A stretch of DNA of 64,000 bases, from positions 4,223 to 68,222 of the forward strand of contig JABJFI010000065.1 of assembly GCA_018662825.1 (NCBI GenBank). Direction: 5' to 3'. The first letter of the stretch is position 1. Every line of letters starts with the position of its first letter. The notes beneath the pieces were generated by a model. That model was not told where the DNA came from. It did no database searches and was given only the letters and a program-made list of their open reading frames with translations. Source of the stretch: Methanobacteriota archaeon. Its GTDB lineage: Archaea; Thermoplasmatota; Poseidoniia; Poseidoniales; Poseidoniaceae. This document shows positions 17,522 through 26,037 of the stretch, one piece after another. A program made the translations under genes and the position numbers.

Positions 17522-18827
17522 AACCATCACAGTTCACAAATTCGGTGGCTCTTGCCTCCGAGACATATCTGATTTGAATCGAATTGCTGAAGTCATCCAA
17601 TATTGGCCTGGGCAATCGGTCATTGTCGTCTCAGCACTTTGGGGTACGACAGATCGCTTGATGCGAGCAAGTCATGAGCCACGTTATGCAAGCCGATTGG
17701 TAAATGACCTCTCTAGGCAACATTTACGCTTTGCACCAGGAATTATAGAAAGTGAAAATGGAAAGGTTTTCAGTTCTGTATTGAAGGGAATAGAGCAAGC
17801 ATTAGAAGAATTATCTTGCAATTCCAGCGATTGGAGGGCCTCGAATCGATTATTAGCCGCTGGCGAACGCCTTTCAGCATTAGTTGTGGCCCATCGCTTG
17901 CAAGAATTCGGAATCCAAGCTCATCCTGTTGGTGCTGAAGATATCAGTTTGAAATTGAAAGGAAGCAACAGAGCACCGGTTGTTGATTTAGAGAGTTCAA
18001 TGAACAAATTAGATAGAAATGCACTCTATGGTACACCAGTCATTACTGGATGGTTTGGTGAAGGTTCAGACGGTGAATTAGCACTACTTGGTCGTGGAGG
18101 AAGTGACCATACTGCAACATCCATTGCTCATCTCATCGATGCTGACCGAGTCATACTGTGGAAGGATGTTGATGGCGTTTTACCACTCAACCCACGCTGG
18201 GGAATTCAATCCTCTCCAATACCTTACCTTGGCTACGGAGAAGCAATTGAACTTGCAAGATTGGATACACCTGTGCTTCATCCAGCAACGGTTGAACCTC
18301 TTCGCAGTGTTGGGATTCCACTCGAGATTCGAGGAATTCATCGGACAAAAGCGGCGACAATCATAGGTCCTGATTTGCATCAAACTCGAAGGGTGAAAGC
18401 CATCGGATGCTTGCCGAATATCATAAGAATACGTGCTCGTGCTCCATCCCTCGAAAGCCAGAATGAGCAACTAGGGCGTGTTCTAATTGAATTTGCACAG
18501 GAAAATATACCTTGTTGGAATTTGGATTCAACACCTGGGGAAATCACGTGGGTTGTTTCACAACATGACATTGGAAAGGCAAGTTCAATTGTCGCCACAC
18601 ATTTCTCCACACCTGAAAAAGAAGAATATGGAGTCATGTTCTCATTGGTAGGAAACAAACTTCCTGAAGACTCAGAATCAGCCTTAATTGATGAGATACA
18701 ATCTCTCCTTGAAGTTGAAGTTATTTCAGAAACAGACCATGCGATTCGCCTGCTCTCAAAAAATAAGGAGATTCTCTCAATGCTTGAGATATTAGCAGAT
18801 TGTTTGAATCTAAGCATTGAATCTTAA
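17514..18827 (+). CDS. aspartate kinase (amino-acid kinase domain plus C-terminal ACT-like repeats)
   Basis: ITVHKFGGSCLRD ... GRGGSDHTATSIAHLIDADRVILWKDVDGVLPLNPR. ATG 17514 overlaps the aroC stop (ATGAGTAA). Confidence 0.8.
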   Translation: MSKTITVHKFGGSCLRDISDLNRIAEVIQYWPGQSVIVVSALWGTTDRLMRASHEPRYASRLVNDLSRQHLRFAPGIIESENGKVFSSVLKGIEQALEELSCNSSDWRASNRLLAAGERLSALVVAHRLQEFGIQAHPVGAEDISLKLKGSNRAPVVDLESSMNKLDRNALYGTPVITGWFGEGSDGELALLGRGGSDHTATSIAHLIDADRVILWKDVDGVLPLNPRWGIQSSPIPYLGYGEAIELARLDTPVLHPATVEPLRSVGIPLEIRGIHRTKAATIIGPDLHQTRRVKAIGCLPNIIRIRARAPSLESQNEQLGRVLIEFAQENIPCWNLDSTPGEITWVVSQHDIGKASSIVATHFSTPEKEEYGVMFSLVGNKLPEDSESALIDEIQSLLEVEVISETDHAIRLLSKNKEILSMLEILADCLNLSIES

Positions 18828-19753
18828 CTATCGTCTGCACGCTTCTCACGGAAACTTTGCAAATGTGTTGGAAGGTTCAAGGCAAACAATCCACCAACGA
18901 CACAGAAAACGAAGAATGTTCCAAGAGCCACGCCATAGACCGAAATCAGTTCAACTGATTCTTCCATTCGAAGAGCGGTGTCTTTCGAAAGTATGCCTAC
19001 AAAGAAAGGGAGAATTGTATTCGCAGAGAGAACAATGGTGGCCAAGATGGTGGCGATGATTGGGTTGATGAGCAGGGAGCGGTGATATTTACCCACGATT
19101 TTCTGAGGGTTCATGACATACACTTCATTGGTACGAATACTTGTATCAAGCATCGAATAACGAAGCACACCATTGGTGAGTTCGAAATACATAATCAAAA
19201 ACACTGCATAGATAACAACGAGTGCTGAAAGCAAAAACGGTTTGTCTTGAAGACCAAAGAAGTCGCCAGAAAGTGTAACCTTTGAGGAGGCAAAACGTAG
19301 AATTGCGAGAATAAACATCAAATTACTTGCAAGGGTAAAACGTCCATCACGTTGGAAGGTTCCCCAAAAGCCAGTACCAGTAGCTGCTGCAATCAAGACC
19401 AACTGAAGGATAGTTGCGATTCCTAAACTACCTGTAATCATGTACCATAGAGTCCCTTCAGCAGGAGAAATCATGTATGTCATTAGAGCCAAGGCCACAA
19501 GAAGGCCATAAACTCCGAGTTGAAGGTTTTGAACCATCTTTGCAGGTGGCAAGAATTTCGTCTTGGGAACCAAAGGACCACCAAGAAGGCTTTCGATAAA
19601 GGAAGGAATTTCGACTTGTGGTATCGCATCTTTAGGAATTTCAGTTCCAGCCCCGATTTGTCCTGCAATCTTCTTTCGAGAAGGAGCTGCAGAACGAACA
19701 GTTTTTCCATCATACAAGTGGGCAGTGTCGCTGGAAGGTCGGGATACAGTCAT
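18824..19753 (-). CDS. polytopic membrane protein, last gene of the MoxR/DUF58 cluster
   Basis: 309-aa ORF with about 6 hydrophobic helices. GAGGTGA lies 7 nt upstream of the ATG. No family recognised. Confidence 0.7.
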   Translation of the reverse strand: MTVSRPSSDTAHLYDGKTVRSAAPSRKKIAGQIGAGTEIPKDAIPQVEIPSFIESLLGGPLVPKTKFLPPAKMVQNLQLGVYGLLVALALMTYMISPAEGTLWYMITGSLGIATILQLVLIAAATGTGFWGTFQRDGRFTLASNLMFILAILRFASSKVTLSGDFFGLQDKPFLLSALVVIYAVFLIMYFELTNGVLRYSMLDTSIRTNEVYVMNPQKIVGKYHRSLLINPIIATILATIVLSANTILPFFVGILSKDTALRMEESVELISVYGVALGTFFVFCVVGGLFALNLPTHLQSFREKRADDS

Positions 19754-19764
19754 ATTTTCTCACC

Positions 19765-21081
19765 TCAGAATCCTCTTGCGCCTGCAAGTGCTGTTGAGAG
19801 CAACATATCTGGCTCCCAATCCATAATATTTACACCAAGACCACGAAGTTCTCCGATGAGAACATCGCGCTCGGTTTTCATAACTTCATAGCCGGTTCGG
19901 TCGATGCGGTGAGCATCGAACTCAAATTCGAGCGACGATGGTGTTAGAACAGTGACATCGAAATTTCGAGCACGGAAATCACGTAGAGCGTTCACAATGG
20001 TTGGATCATCTTCAAGATTCGACAAGAAGATAATTGGACTTCCTTTGTTGATGTGTGGTAAAATACGATTCACAACAACTTGGAGTGGAATGTTTCCTCG
20101 TGCTACAGCACCAGAAAGTTTGGTTAAGATGACATAGAGTTGCTTATTTCCTGTATCTCGATCAACGCTAACCACTTCATCACCGTAGACAATGATTCCA
20201 ACGGAGTCACGACGGCTAAGGAAATATTTCGCTAACGATGCTGCTGCACGTGTCGAATAAACCAATGCATTACGAGAAACAGGTCCAGTTTCAGCAACTG
20301 AGCGCGAGTCAACGATGATTATGATGTCTGAAACAGCATCACGCTCTCGTTCGTTGACCATGAGTTTCCCAGTACGGGCATAAGCAGACCAGTTAATCGA
20401 TCGGAATGAATCACCTTCAAAATACTCACGAAGGGAGTAAAACTCTGAACCAGGACCTGGTTGACGAATGTTGACAGCACCTGTGAAAATCTTCGGAACA
20501 CGGGATTTGACGAATGTATCTTTGAGGTCTTCCATTTTCGGGAACACAAGGAAGTCATTGTAGACATGCAATTCTTTTTCCGTGTGGAATAATCCGAATG
20601 GGTCTTGAATCCTGACAGCCACAGGACCAACACTATAGAAACCTCGAAGAGGGCATTCAACGGTGTATTCGATGAAAGTTTCACGGCGAGGACCCAATTC
20701 CATCAAAATATAATTCGCACCATCTTTGATACGCATTACTTCAGGAACTCGATCTCGAACTTCGAGAATTTTGGCAAGCGAGGAGTGGTTTTGCATCCTC
20801 AAGGTAATGTTGAGTTCTCCGTCTTCGAAAATACGAGCACTGGACAATTTGCGCATAGCACTCACACTGTTCAACGCTGCACCTTCTTCTCCAGACCATT
20901 CATCTGCACGACGGCCAGTAGCGGCAACGTCAGCATGACCGCCAAACAAGGCAGCCCAAGTCAGGAACACGAAGATAACAACCGCAATCGTGACTAGTTG
21001 GGAATTTCGCAAGGTTAAACCAAGCAAATACATGGCAATAGCCAAACTCCCTAACATAGCAGATTTACGACTCCACATCAT
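19765..21081 (-). CDS. DUF58 (vWA-like) protein with N-terminal TM helices
   Basis: LREYFEGDSFRSINWSAYARTGKLMVNERERD..IIIIVDSRS is the DUF58 signature. A GAGGTG SD precedes ATGATG at 21081/21078. Confidence 0.85.
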   Translation of the reverse strand: MMWSRKSAMLGSLAIAMYLLGLTLRNSQLVTIAVVIFVFLTWAALFGGHADVAATGRRADEWSGEEGAALNSVSAMRKLSSARIFEDGELNITLRMQNHSSLAKILEVRDRVPEVMRIKDGANYILMELGPRRETFIEYTVECPLRGFYSVGPVAVRIQDPFGLFHTEKELHVYNDFLVFPKMEDLKDTFVKSRVPKIFTGAVNIRQPGPGSEFYSLREYFEGDSFRSINWSAYARTGKLMVNERERDAVSDIIIIVDSRSVAETGPVSRNALVYSTRAAASLAKYFLSRRDSVGIIVYGDEVVSVDRDTGNKQLYVILTKLSGAVARGNIPLQVVVNRILPHINKGSPIIFLSNLEDDPTIVNALRDFRARNFDVTVLTPSSLEFEFDAHRIDRTGYEVMKTERDVLIGELRGLGVNIMDWEPDMLLSTALAGARGF

Positions 21082-21111
21082 TCTCACCTCAAAATCAATT
21101 CAGTACTACAA

Positions 21112-22287
21112 TCAAACTGTTGGAACTGGGACTTCTCGTAGAATAGCTTGTATCACTTCGCCGGGCTCAAGGCCTTTGATTTGATGCTCAGGTTTGAGAA
21201 TAAGTCGGTGTGCAAGTGCAAGTTCTGCGATTGCTTTGATATCGTCAGGAGTGACGAAATCTCGACCTCGAAGTGCTGCTGCAGCACGGGAGGTCTTGAG
21301 CAATGCTTGGGAACCACGAGGAGAAGCGCCGACCAAAACACGTGGATCTTCACGGGTTCGGGAAACAACTTCAACCATATACATTCGGAGAGCAGGGTCA
21401 ACATAAACGAATTCGCATGCTTGTTGCATGTTAATCACCATCTCAGGATGAGTGATGACATCGACTTCGACAGCGTCCTTTCCGCGAGCAATACGTCGGG
21501 AGAGAATCTCGTCTTCGTCGGCTCGGTCAGGGTATCCGACAGACATCTTGAACATGAAACGGTCAAGTTGTGCTTCAGGGAGTGGGTAAGTACCTTCTTG
21601 TTCGACAGGGTTTTGAGTTGCCATAACAATGAACGGTGCTGGGAGCTTGTGCGTCACAGTACCAATGGTAACTTGCTTCTCTTGCATAGCCTCAAGCAAA
21701 GCAGCTTGGGTCTTTGGAGGAGCACGGTTAATCTCGTCAGCAAGGAGAAGGTTACAGAACAAAGGTCCTGGTTTGAAAGTAAATTCACCTTTCTTTGCGT
21801 CATAGATGTTGGTACCTGTGATATCAGCAGGTAGCAAGTCAGGTGTAAATTGTACACGCTTGAAATCGCAACCAAGTGCATCAGCAAAGGTATTGGTCAT
21901 CAATGTCTTAGCCAGACCTGGGTAATCTTCGAACAGAAGGTTACCGTTGGAAAGAATGTTGATTAGAACATTATCGATAACGTGTGCTTTACCAATAATT
22001 ACTTTCTGGACTTCGGCAGCGATTGCGCTTGCAATCGAGCCGACGGCTTTCAACTTCTCTTTGTTTTCTGGGCTGGTCTGGTGCTTCGGCTGGGCCGGAG
22101 CGGCCGGCGCTACAGGAGCTGCTGGGGCTGGTGCAGGCATTGCGGGTGCTGCTGCTGGCGCTGGTGCTGCTGGCATAGGTGCCGCAGGCATTGGCGCTGC
22201 TGGTGCAGGCATTGCAGGTGCTGCTGGGGCCACAGGAGCTGCTGGCGCGGGCGCGGGCGGGGCTGCTGGGGGGGCGGGGGGTTGCAT
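21112..22287 (-). CDS. MoxR-family AAA+ ATPase with about 67-aa Pro/Ala-rich N-terminal extension
   Basis: YPGLAKTLM..RVQFTPDLLPADITG..LLADEINRAPPKTQAALLEAMQE. The ATG at 22287 is preceded by GGAGG 9 nt upstream. Confidence 0.9.
   Translation of the reverse strand: MQPPAPPAAPPAPAPAAPVAPAAPAMPAPAAPMPAAPMPAAPAPAAAPAMPAPAPAAPVAPAAPAQPKHQTSPENKEKLKAVGSIASAIAAEVQKVIIGKAHVIDNVLINILSNGNLLFEDYPGLAKTLMTNTFADALGCDFKRVQFTPDLLPADITGTNIYDAKKGEFTFKPGPLFCNLLLADEINRAPPKTQAALLEAMQEKQVTIGTVTHKLPAPFIVMATQNPVEQEGTYPLPEAQLDRFMFKMSVGYPDRADEDEILSRRIARGKDAVEVDVITHPEMVINMQQACEFVYVDPALRMYMVEVVSRTREDPRVLVGASPRGSQALLKTSRAAAALRGRDFVTPDDIKAIAELALAHRLILKPEHQIKGLEPGEVIQAILREVPVPTV
22087..22287 (-). repeat. coding low-complexity Pro/Ala tract (GC-rich; open in several frames on both strands)
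   Basis: MQPPAPPAAPPAPAPAAPVAPAAPAMPAPAAPMPAAPMPAAPAPAAAPAMPAPAPAAPVAPAAPAQP. This tract explains track ORFs 21947-22375, 21982-22380 and 21989-22303. Confidence 0.9.
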
Positions 22288-22306
22288 GTCTATTTTCCTC
22301 CAATTA

Positions 22307-23887
22307 TCAATTTCCCCAACGTCGTATTTGCGGAATTATCTCCCGCAATTCTTCGTTGGAGTAGGAACGGGCTGAGCTGATGAGCTCAAGCAAGCGCGGG
22401 TCTCGGACCATTTGCATGATCTCCGCTGGGGATTTACGCATGAATTCATCACGCGTTAGGTCATTGAACTGTCTTACCTTCGAAAGTAGCGCCTCTCGGG
22501 TACGAATTTGATATTGAGATGGATCTAATTTTGTTGGGCGCTCTCTAAATCGAGTTAAGTCAAACACATGACGCCAGTTTTCTTTTTCTGGGACTACCAT
22601 GATGGCAATCGCAAGCAAAGCAAACAGATTGAGAATAATGAGCCACTTTAGCACGACATCGCTGGTTAGCAAAACAATGGCGCCCATGGCTTCAGTGAAT
22701 GGAGAGGTAAGGGCACTCGAAATGTGGCGACTCTCGTCAAAGACGACATAGAATTCTGAAGGTGAACGAGTAATCGAAGTTGATAATTCAGGGTTGTCAA
22801 ATTCCATCATGTCATAAATCAAAGAAGAAAAATATTGGCTATTTCCATTCCACGTGACATCGCCTTGGGCAGAAGAGAGGCCTTCAGGGTCGGTATCCCA
22901 ACAATTGTGGCCGTTTTCCAAATAGGAGGGAGAGGTGCACTGCAAATATCCCTGTTCTTCAGCTAAGTCGGCATCCCAAAGGTGATTGGCGAGTACGGAG
23001 TGGTCTGAAACGAAGACAATTGAACCTGTAACATCAATTTCGCCATAGTCGTTATTCGGCTTGACATCGAGAACACCAGAAACAGGGTAATCGATTCGGA
23101 TGATTAGTCCTGTCATTCCTTCACCAAGCGTTGGGTTTTGATCACTGTCGATGTTGTTTGGGAATTTAGCAACACGAGCAGAAGTTGATGCGGCAGCGAG
23201 GATACTTATTTCGCGTTCTGAATCCGTTTGTTCATCGAGAACTTGAATTGCAGTAGGGCGGTGGAAGAGAACAGGCATTCGACAATTATCGATTTGTGCG
23301 AGTGCAATATTCGATTGCGAACAAGGAATTAGTTTTTCGTCACCCATTTCACTGATGTTTTGATTAACACTTGCTGCAGACCAAAGACGGCGATAATCTG
23401 CAGGTTGGAGAACCCCTAGGTCATCTTCAACTTCGTAGTATCGCTGGTCATCATACACTGGTGCATCGAAATATTTGACACCGAATTCAGATGCTACAAG
23501 TTGAGCATTGGTCGAACTTGCTGCAAGAATGACTTTTCCGCCCTTCTTAGTAACAAAGTCATGGAGTGCAGAGGCCTCAGCAGCATCGAATGGTTTCTCA
23601 GGTCCAGCAATGATGAGCATGGTCCTGTGAGGGTCATTCCAATCATTGACCAACATCGGTGTTGACATGGTGTTTGCAATGCTAAAATCATCGGATTCGA
23701 TAACATTACGCATCTCAGTCAATTGTTGCATAGAATAGTCATCTGCAGCATTATTGTAAGGAGAAAGTACTGTTGTTTTATCCCAACTCACAATGCTGAT
23801 GACAAGAACTGAAAGGAAAAGCGACGACACAAGGCCAACTTTGAGCCAGGTTTCGATGGAGATTTTTGTTGATTCATCGCCTGCCAT
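22307..23887 (-). CDS. membrane protein, DUF4350-like extracytoplasmic domain
   Basis: N-terminal TM, LIIAGPEKPFDAAEASALHDFVTKKGGKVILAASS, a C-terminal TM and a cytosolic tail. Start placed at ATG 23887, which has a GGGGGG SD-like run 5 nt upstream. Confidence 0.6.
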   Translation of the reverse strand: MAGDESTKISIETWLKVGLVSSLFLSVLVISIVSWDKTTVLSPYNNAADDYSMQQLTEMRNVIESDDFSIANTMSTPMLVNDWNDPHRTMLIIAGPEKPFDAAEASALHDFVTKKGGKVILAASSTNAQLVASEFGVKYFDAPVYDDQRYYEVEDDLGVLQPADYRRLWSAASVNQNISEMGDEKLIPCSQSNIALAQIDNCRMPVLFHRPTAIQVLDEQTDSEREISILAAASTSARVAKFPNNIDSDQNPTLGEGMTGLIIRIDYPVSGVLDVKPNNDYGEIDVTGSIVFVSDHSVLANHLWDADLAEEQGYLQCTSPSYLENGHNCWDTDPEGLSSAQGDVTWNGNSQYFSSLIYDMMEFDNPELSTSITRSPSEFYVVFDESRHISSALTSPFTEAMGAIVLLTSDVVLKWLIILNLFALLAIAIMVVPEKENWRHVFDLTRFRERPTKLDPSQYQIRTREALLSKVRQFNDLTRDEFMRKSPAEIMQMVRDPRLLELISSARSYSNEELREIIPQIRRWGN

Positions 23888-24082
23888 ATTTGTCCCCCCT
23901 TGTGCGCTTGCCGTACTATTGAACAGTATAAACAACCGTCGGAACCTCGCTCCACACTTAATGCTTGTTCATGCGTGATTTGAAGCCACAGGTTAATAGA
24001 GGGGGGAAATCGATTATTTCAAAAACAGATAGAAGTCAAAAATAGAAGGAAAATGCCCCAAAAAGTATCACAAAAGCACTAT

Positions 24083-25057
24083 TCAATTCTTTTGTTTCTC
24101 ACTTCTGCCAAGAGTGGCGAGGCTAAACGCCATTAAGAGTTCAATACCGCCAATCCAAGGCAAAGTATTGGATTCTTGAGAAAGGTGTTCGCTATCATTC
24201 GTATCATCCGAGTTTGAAGGAGGCGCGGTGTCATCACCAACTTCAACTGCCATCACCTCAATTTCGAAAGTACTGCTACGAGATGCTTCATCACCTTCTG
24301 AAGTAAATGTTAATGTTACTTCACAGACACGGTTTGGTTGGCTTTCTGAGGCTTCAAGACGGAGTGTGACAAAGGTGTCTTTTCCATTCTGAGCATCGGT
24401 GGTTTCAACCAAAGTGTTTGCAAGGTCTTCAAGACCAGGCATTGACAAATGAGGACAACTGCGGAATTGTACTGATGCTTGTTTCACTGCATCACGCGCA
24501 TTTCCACTGTTGACAAGTTGGGCTGAAAATTCAATCCATGAGCCGGCATGCAAAGAGTCGTCAGGCAAGGAAACTTCTGGGCGTAAATCGAAAATCCGAG
24601 GTACACTAACATCTCCTTCGAGTTCTTGAGTACTCGCAGAAGTGTCGCCAACTTTTTCTTCGGCTATGATTGTCAAAGTTGAGGTGTTGTCAGGATTATA
24701 TTCTCGTGCATCGTCATCATCAATAGAAGAAAAGGTGATTGAAAAGGTCTCATTTCCATTGGCAGCAACTGAAAACGTGTCTGGGCCACTGAATGTAAAC
24801 GGTACCCAACTGTCAAACTCATAGGTCAAATCGAGTTCAAGTTGTGTCATCCGAGTATTTTCAACATAAGCGACGATTTCACCCTCCGCATCCCAATCAA
24901 TATCCATTTCAACGATGTAAGTTGAATCCATGTCAGTTGCCCAACCGAGAGTCCATGATTGGCCGTCTATCGGGCCTTGAGCATGGACCGGCATACTGCT
25001 CATCACAGAGAGACTGAAAAGGACAGTCATCAGTAAAGCCACTGGAGTTCGTTTCAT
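24083..25057 (-). CDS. secreted beta-rich protein with C-terminal membrane anchor
   Basis: Sec signal MKRTPVALLMTVLFSLSVMSSMPVHAQG and a C-terminal LPWIGGIELLMAFSLATLGRSEKQKN. The start overlaps the stop of the upstream FAD-subunit gene (ATGA), and GAGGAGA lies 4 nt upstream. Confidence 0.7.
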   Translation of the reverse strand: MKRTPVALLMTVLFSLSVMSSMPVHAQGPIDGQSWTLGWATDMDSTYIVEMDIDWDAEGEIVAYVENTRMTQLELDLTYEFDSWVPFTFSGPDTFSVAANGNETFSITFSSIDDDDAREYNPDNTSTLTIIAEEKVGDTSASTQELEGDVSVPRIFDLRPEVSLPDDSLHAGSWIEFSAQLVNSGNARDAVKQASVQFRSCPHLSMPGLEDLANTLVETTDAQNGKDTFVTLRLEASESQPNRVCEVTLTFTSEGDEASRSSTFEIEVMAVEVGDDTAPPSNSDDTNDSEHLSQESNTLPWIGGIELLMAFSLATLGRSEKQKN

Positions 25058-26037
25058 TGTATCTCCTCAATCATTTTCTCGACCGCTCTCTTGGTCAAAA
25101 CTCGTACCATCGATTTACGATAACGTGGTGGTAATGAAGTGTTGTTCACTGGTTGAACGCTCTTTCGGACACCAGCTGCAAGGGCTTTGATCGAAGAGAT
25201 TCCATCCCATCCCTCATCGAGCACTGCTGACACTTCTTCTGGATGACAACGCGGAATAGACTCTAGCGCAGTTGTCGCAATTTGAAGGGAGGACACATCA
25301 CCTGGAATCCAAGAGGCGGCCACTCCCGCTTCAGGGAAATCCCATGAATCGCGAACACGTAATTTTTGGTAGGACCCTGAGCGGCCCGCCGCTTCTTTCG
25401 AAAGTGTCACCTTAAGCAAAAATTCGCCATCCTCAAGCACATTTTTCTTCATGCCATCAAGTTGGTAGAATTCTGTAATCGGAATGACTCGTAACCCATT
25501 GGGCCCGATAAGGTGCACTTCGGCATCAAGTACCATCAATGTTGGAGCAATGTCTCCTTGGTAGGTTGCTACACACAAAGTGTTTTGATTTGGAATAACA
25601 CGACATTCAGCCCCAGTACCACAATCTGCCTTGTGGCACCAATCAATTGAGCGACGCCAATCTTCACCTTGATTATACCAGAAACATCGAGTATCTAGAC
25701 AAATATTGCCACCAAGTGTAGCGTTATGTCGAATCAATGATGAAGCGACTTTTCCCGCAGCCTCGACAATCAAGGGGTGAATTCCATTTTCAGCCGTCAA
25801 ATCACCAAGTCTTGCCATGCAACCAATCTCATGGAGTGAAAGCGTGTCAACACCTTCAATTCGAGCGAGTGAAATCACATGTGGTTTCGGGTTAATGTGC
25901 CATTTATAATTTGGAAGAAGGTCTGTACCTCCTGCTACCCAATCGAATGCTTCGCCTTTTTCGAGCAATTCACCTGCAAGAGTGCATGCTTCTTCGACAG
26001 TCGTAGGATTGTGGAGTGTGAACGGTGGCATCAACAT
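25054..26037 (-). CDS. molybdenum hydroxylase FAD-binding medium subunit (CoxM/XdhB-like)
   Basis: VAGGTDLLPNYKWHI and LGGNICLDTRC motifs. The start overlaps the large-subunit stop (TAATG). Confidence 0.85.
   Translation of the reverse strand: MLMPPFTLHNPTTVEEACTLAGELLEKGEAFDWVAGGTDLLPNYKWHINPKPHVISLARIEGVDTLSLHEIGCMARLGDLTAENGIHPLIVEAAGKVASSLIRHNATLGGNICLDTRCFWYNQGEDWRRSIDWCHKADCGTGAECRVIPNQNTLCVATYQGDIAPTLMVLDAEVHLIGPNGLRVIPITEFYQLDGMKKNVLEDGEFLLKVTLSKEAAGRSGSYQKLRVRDSWDFPEAGVAASWIPGDVSSLQIATTALESIPRCHPEEVSAVLDEGWDGISSIKALAAGVRKSVQPVNNTSLPPRYRKSMVRVLTKRAVEKMIEEIQ

Noticed and set aside
21148-22380. Long ORFs antisense to or out of frame with the MoxR gene (21148-21834, 21947-22375, 21982-22380, 21989-22303)
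   Set aside because: They lie inside a gene with unmistakable MoxR motifs. The 22-kb ones are products of the GC-rich Pro/Ala codon repeats, which stay open in several frames. Their translations are low-complexity (Gly/Ala, Cys/Arg/Trp) strings.
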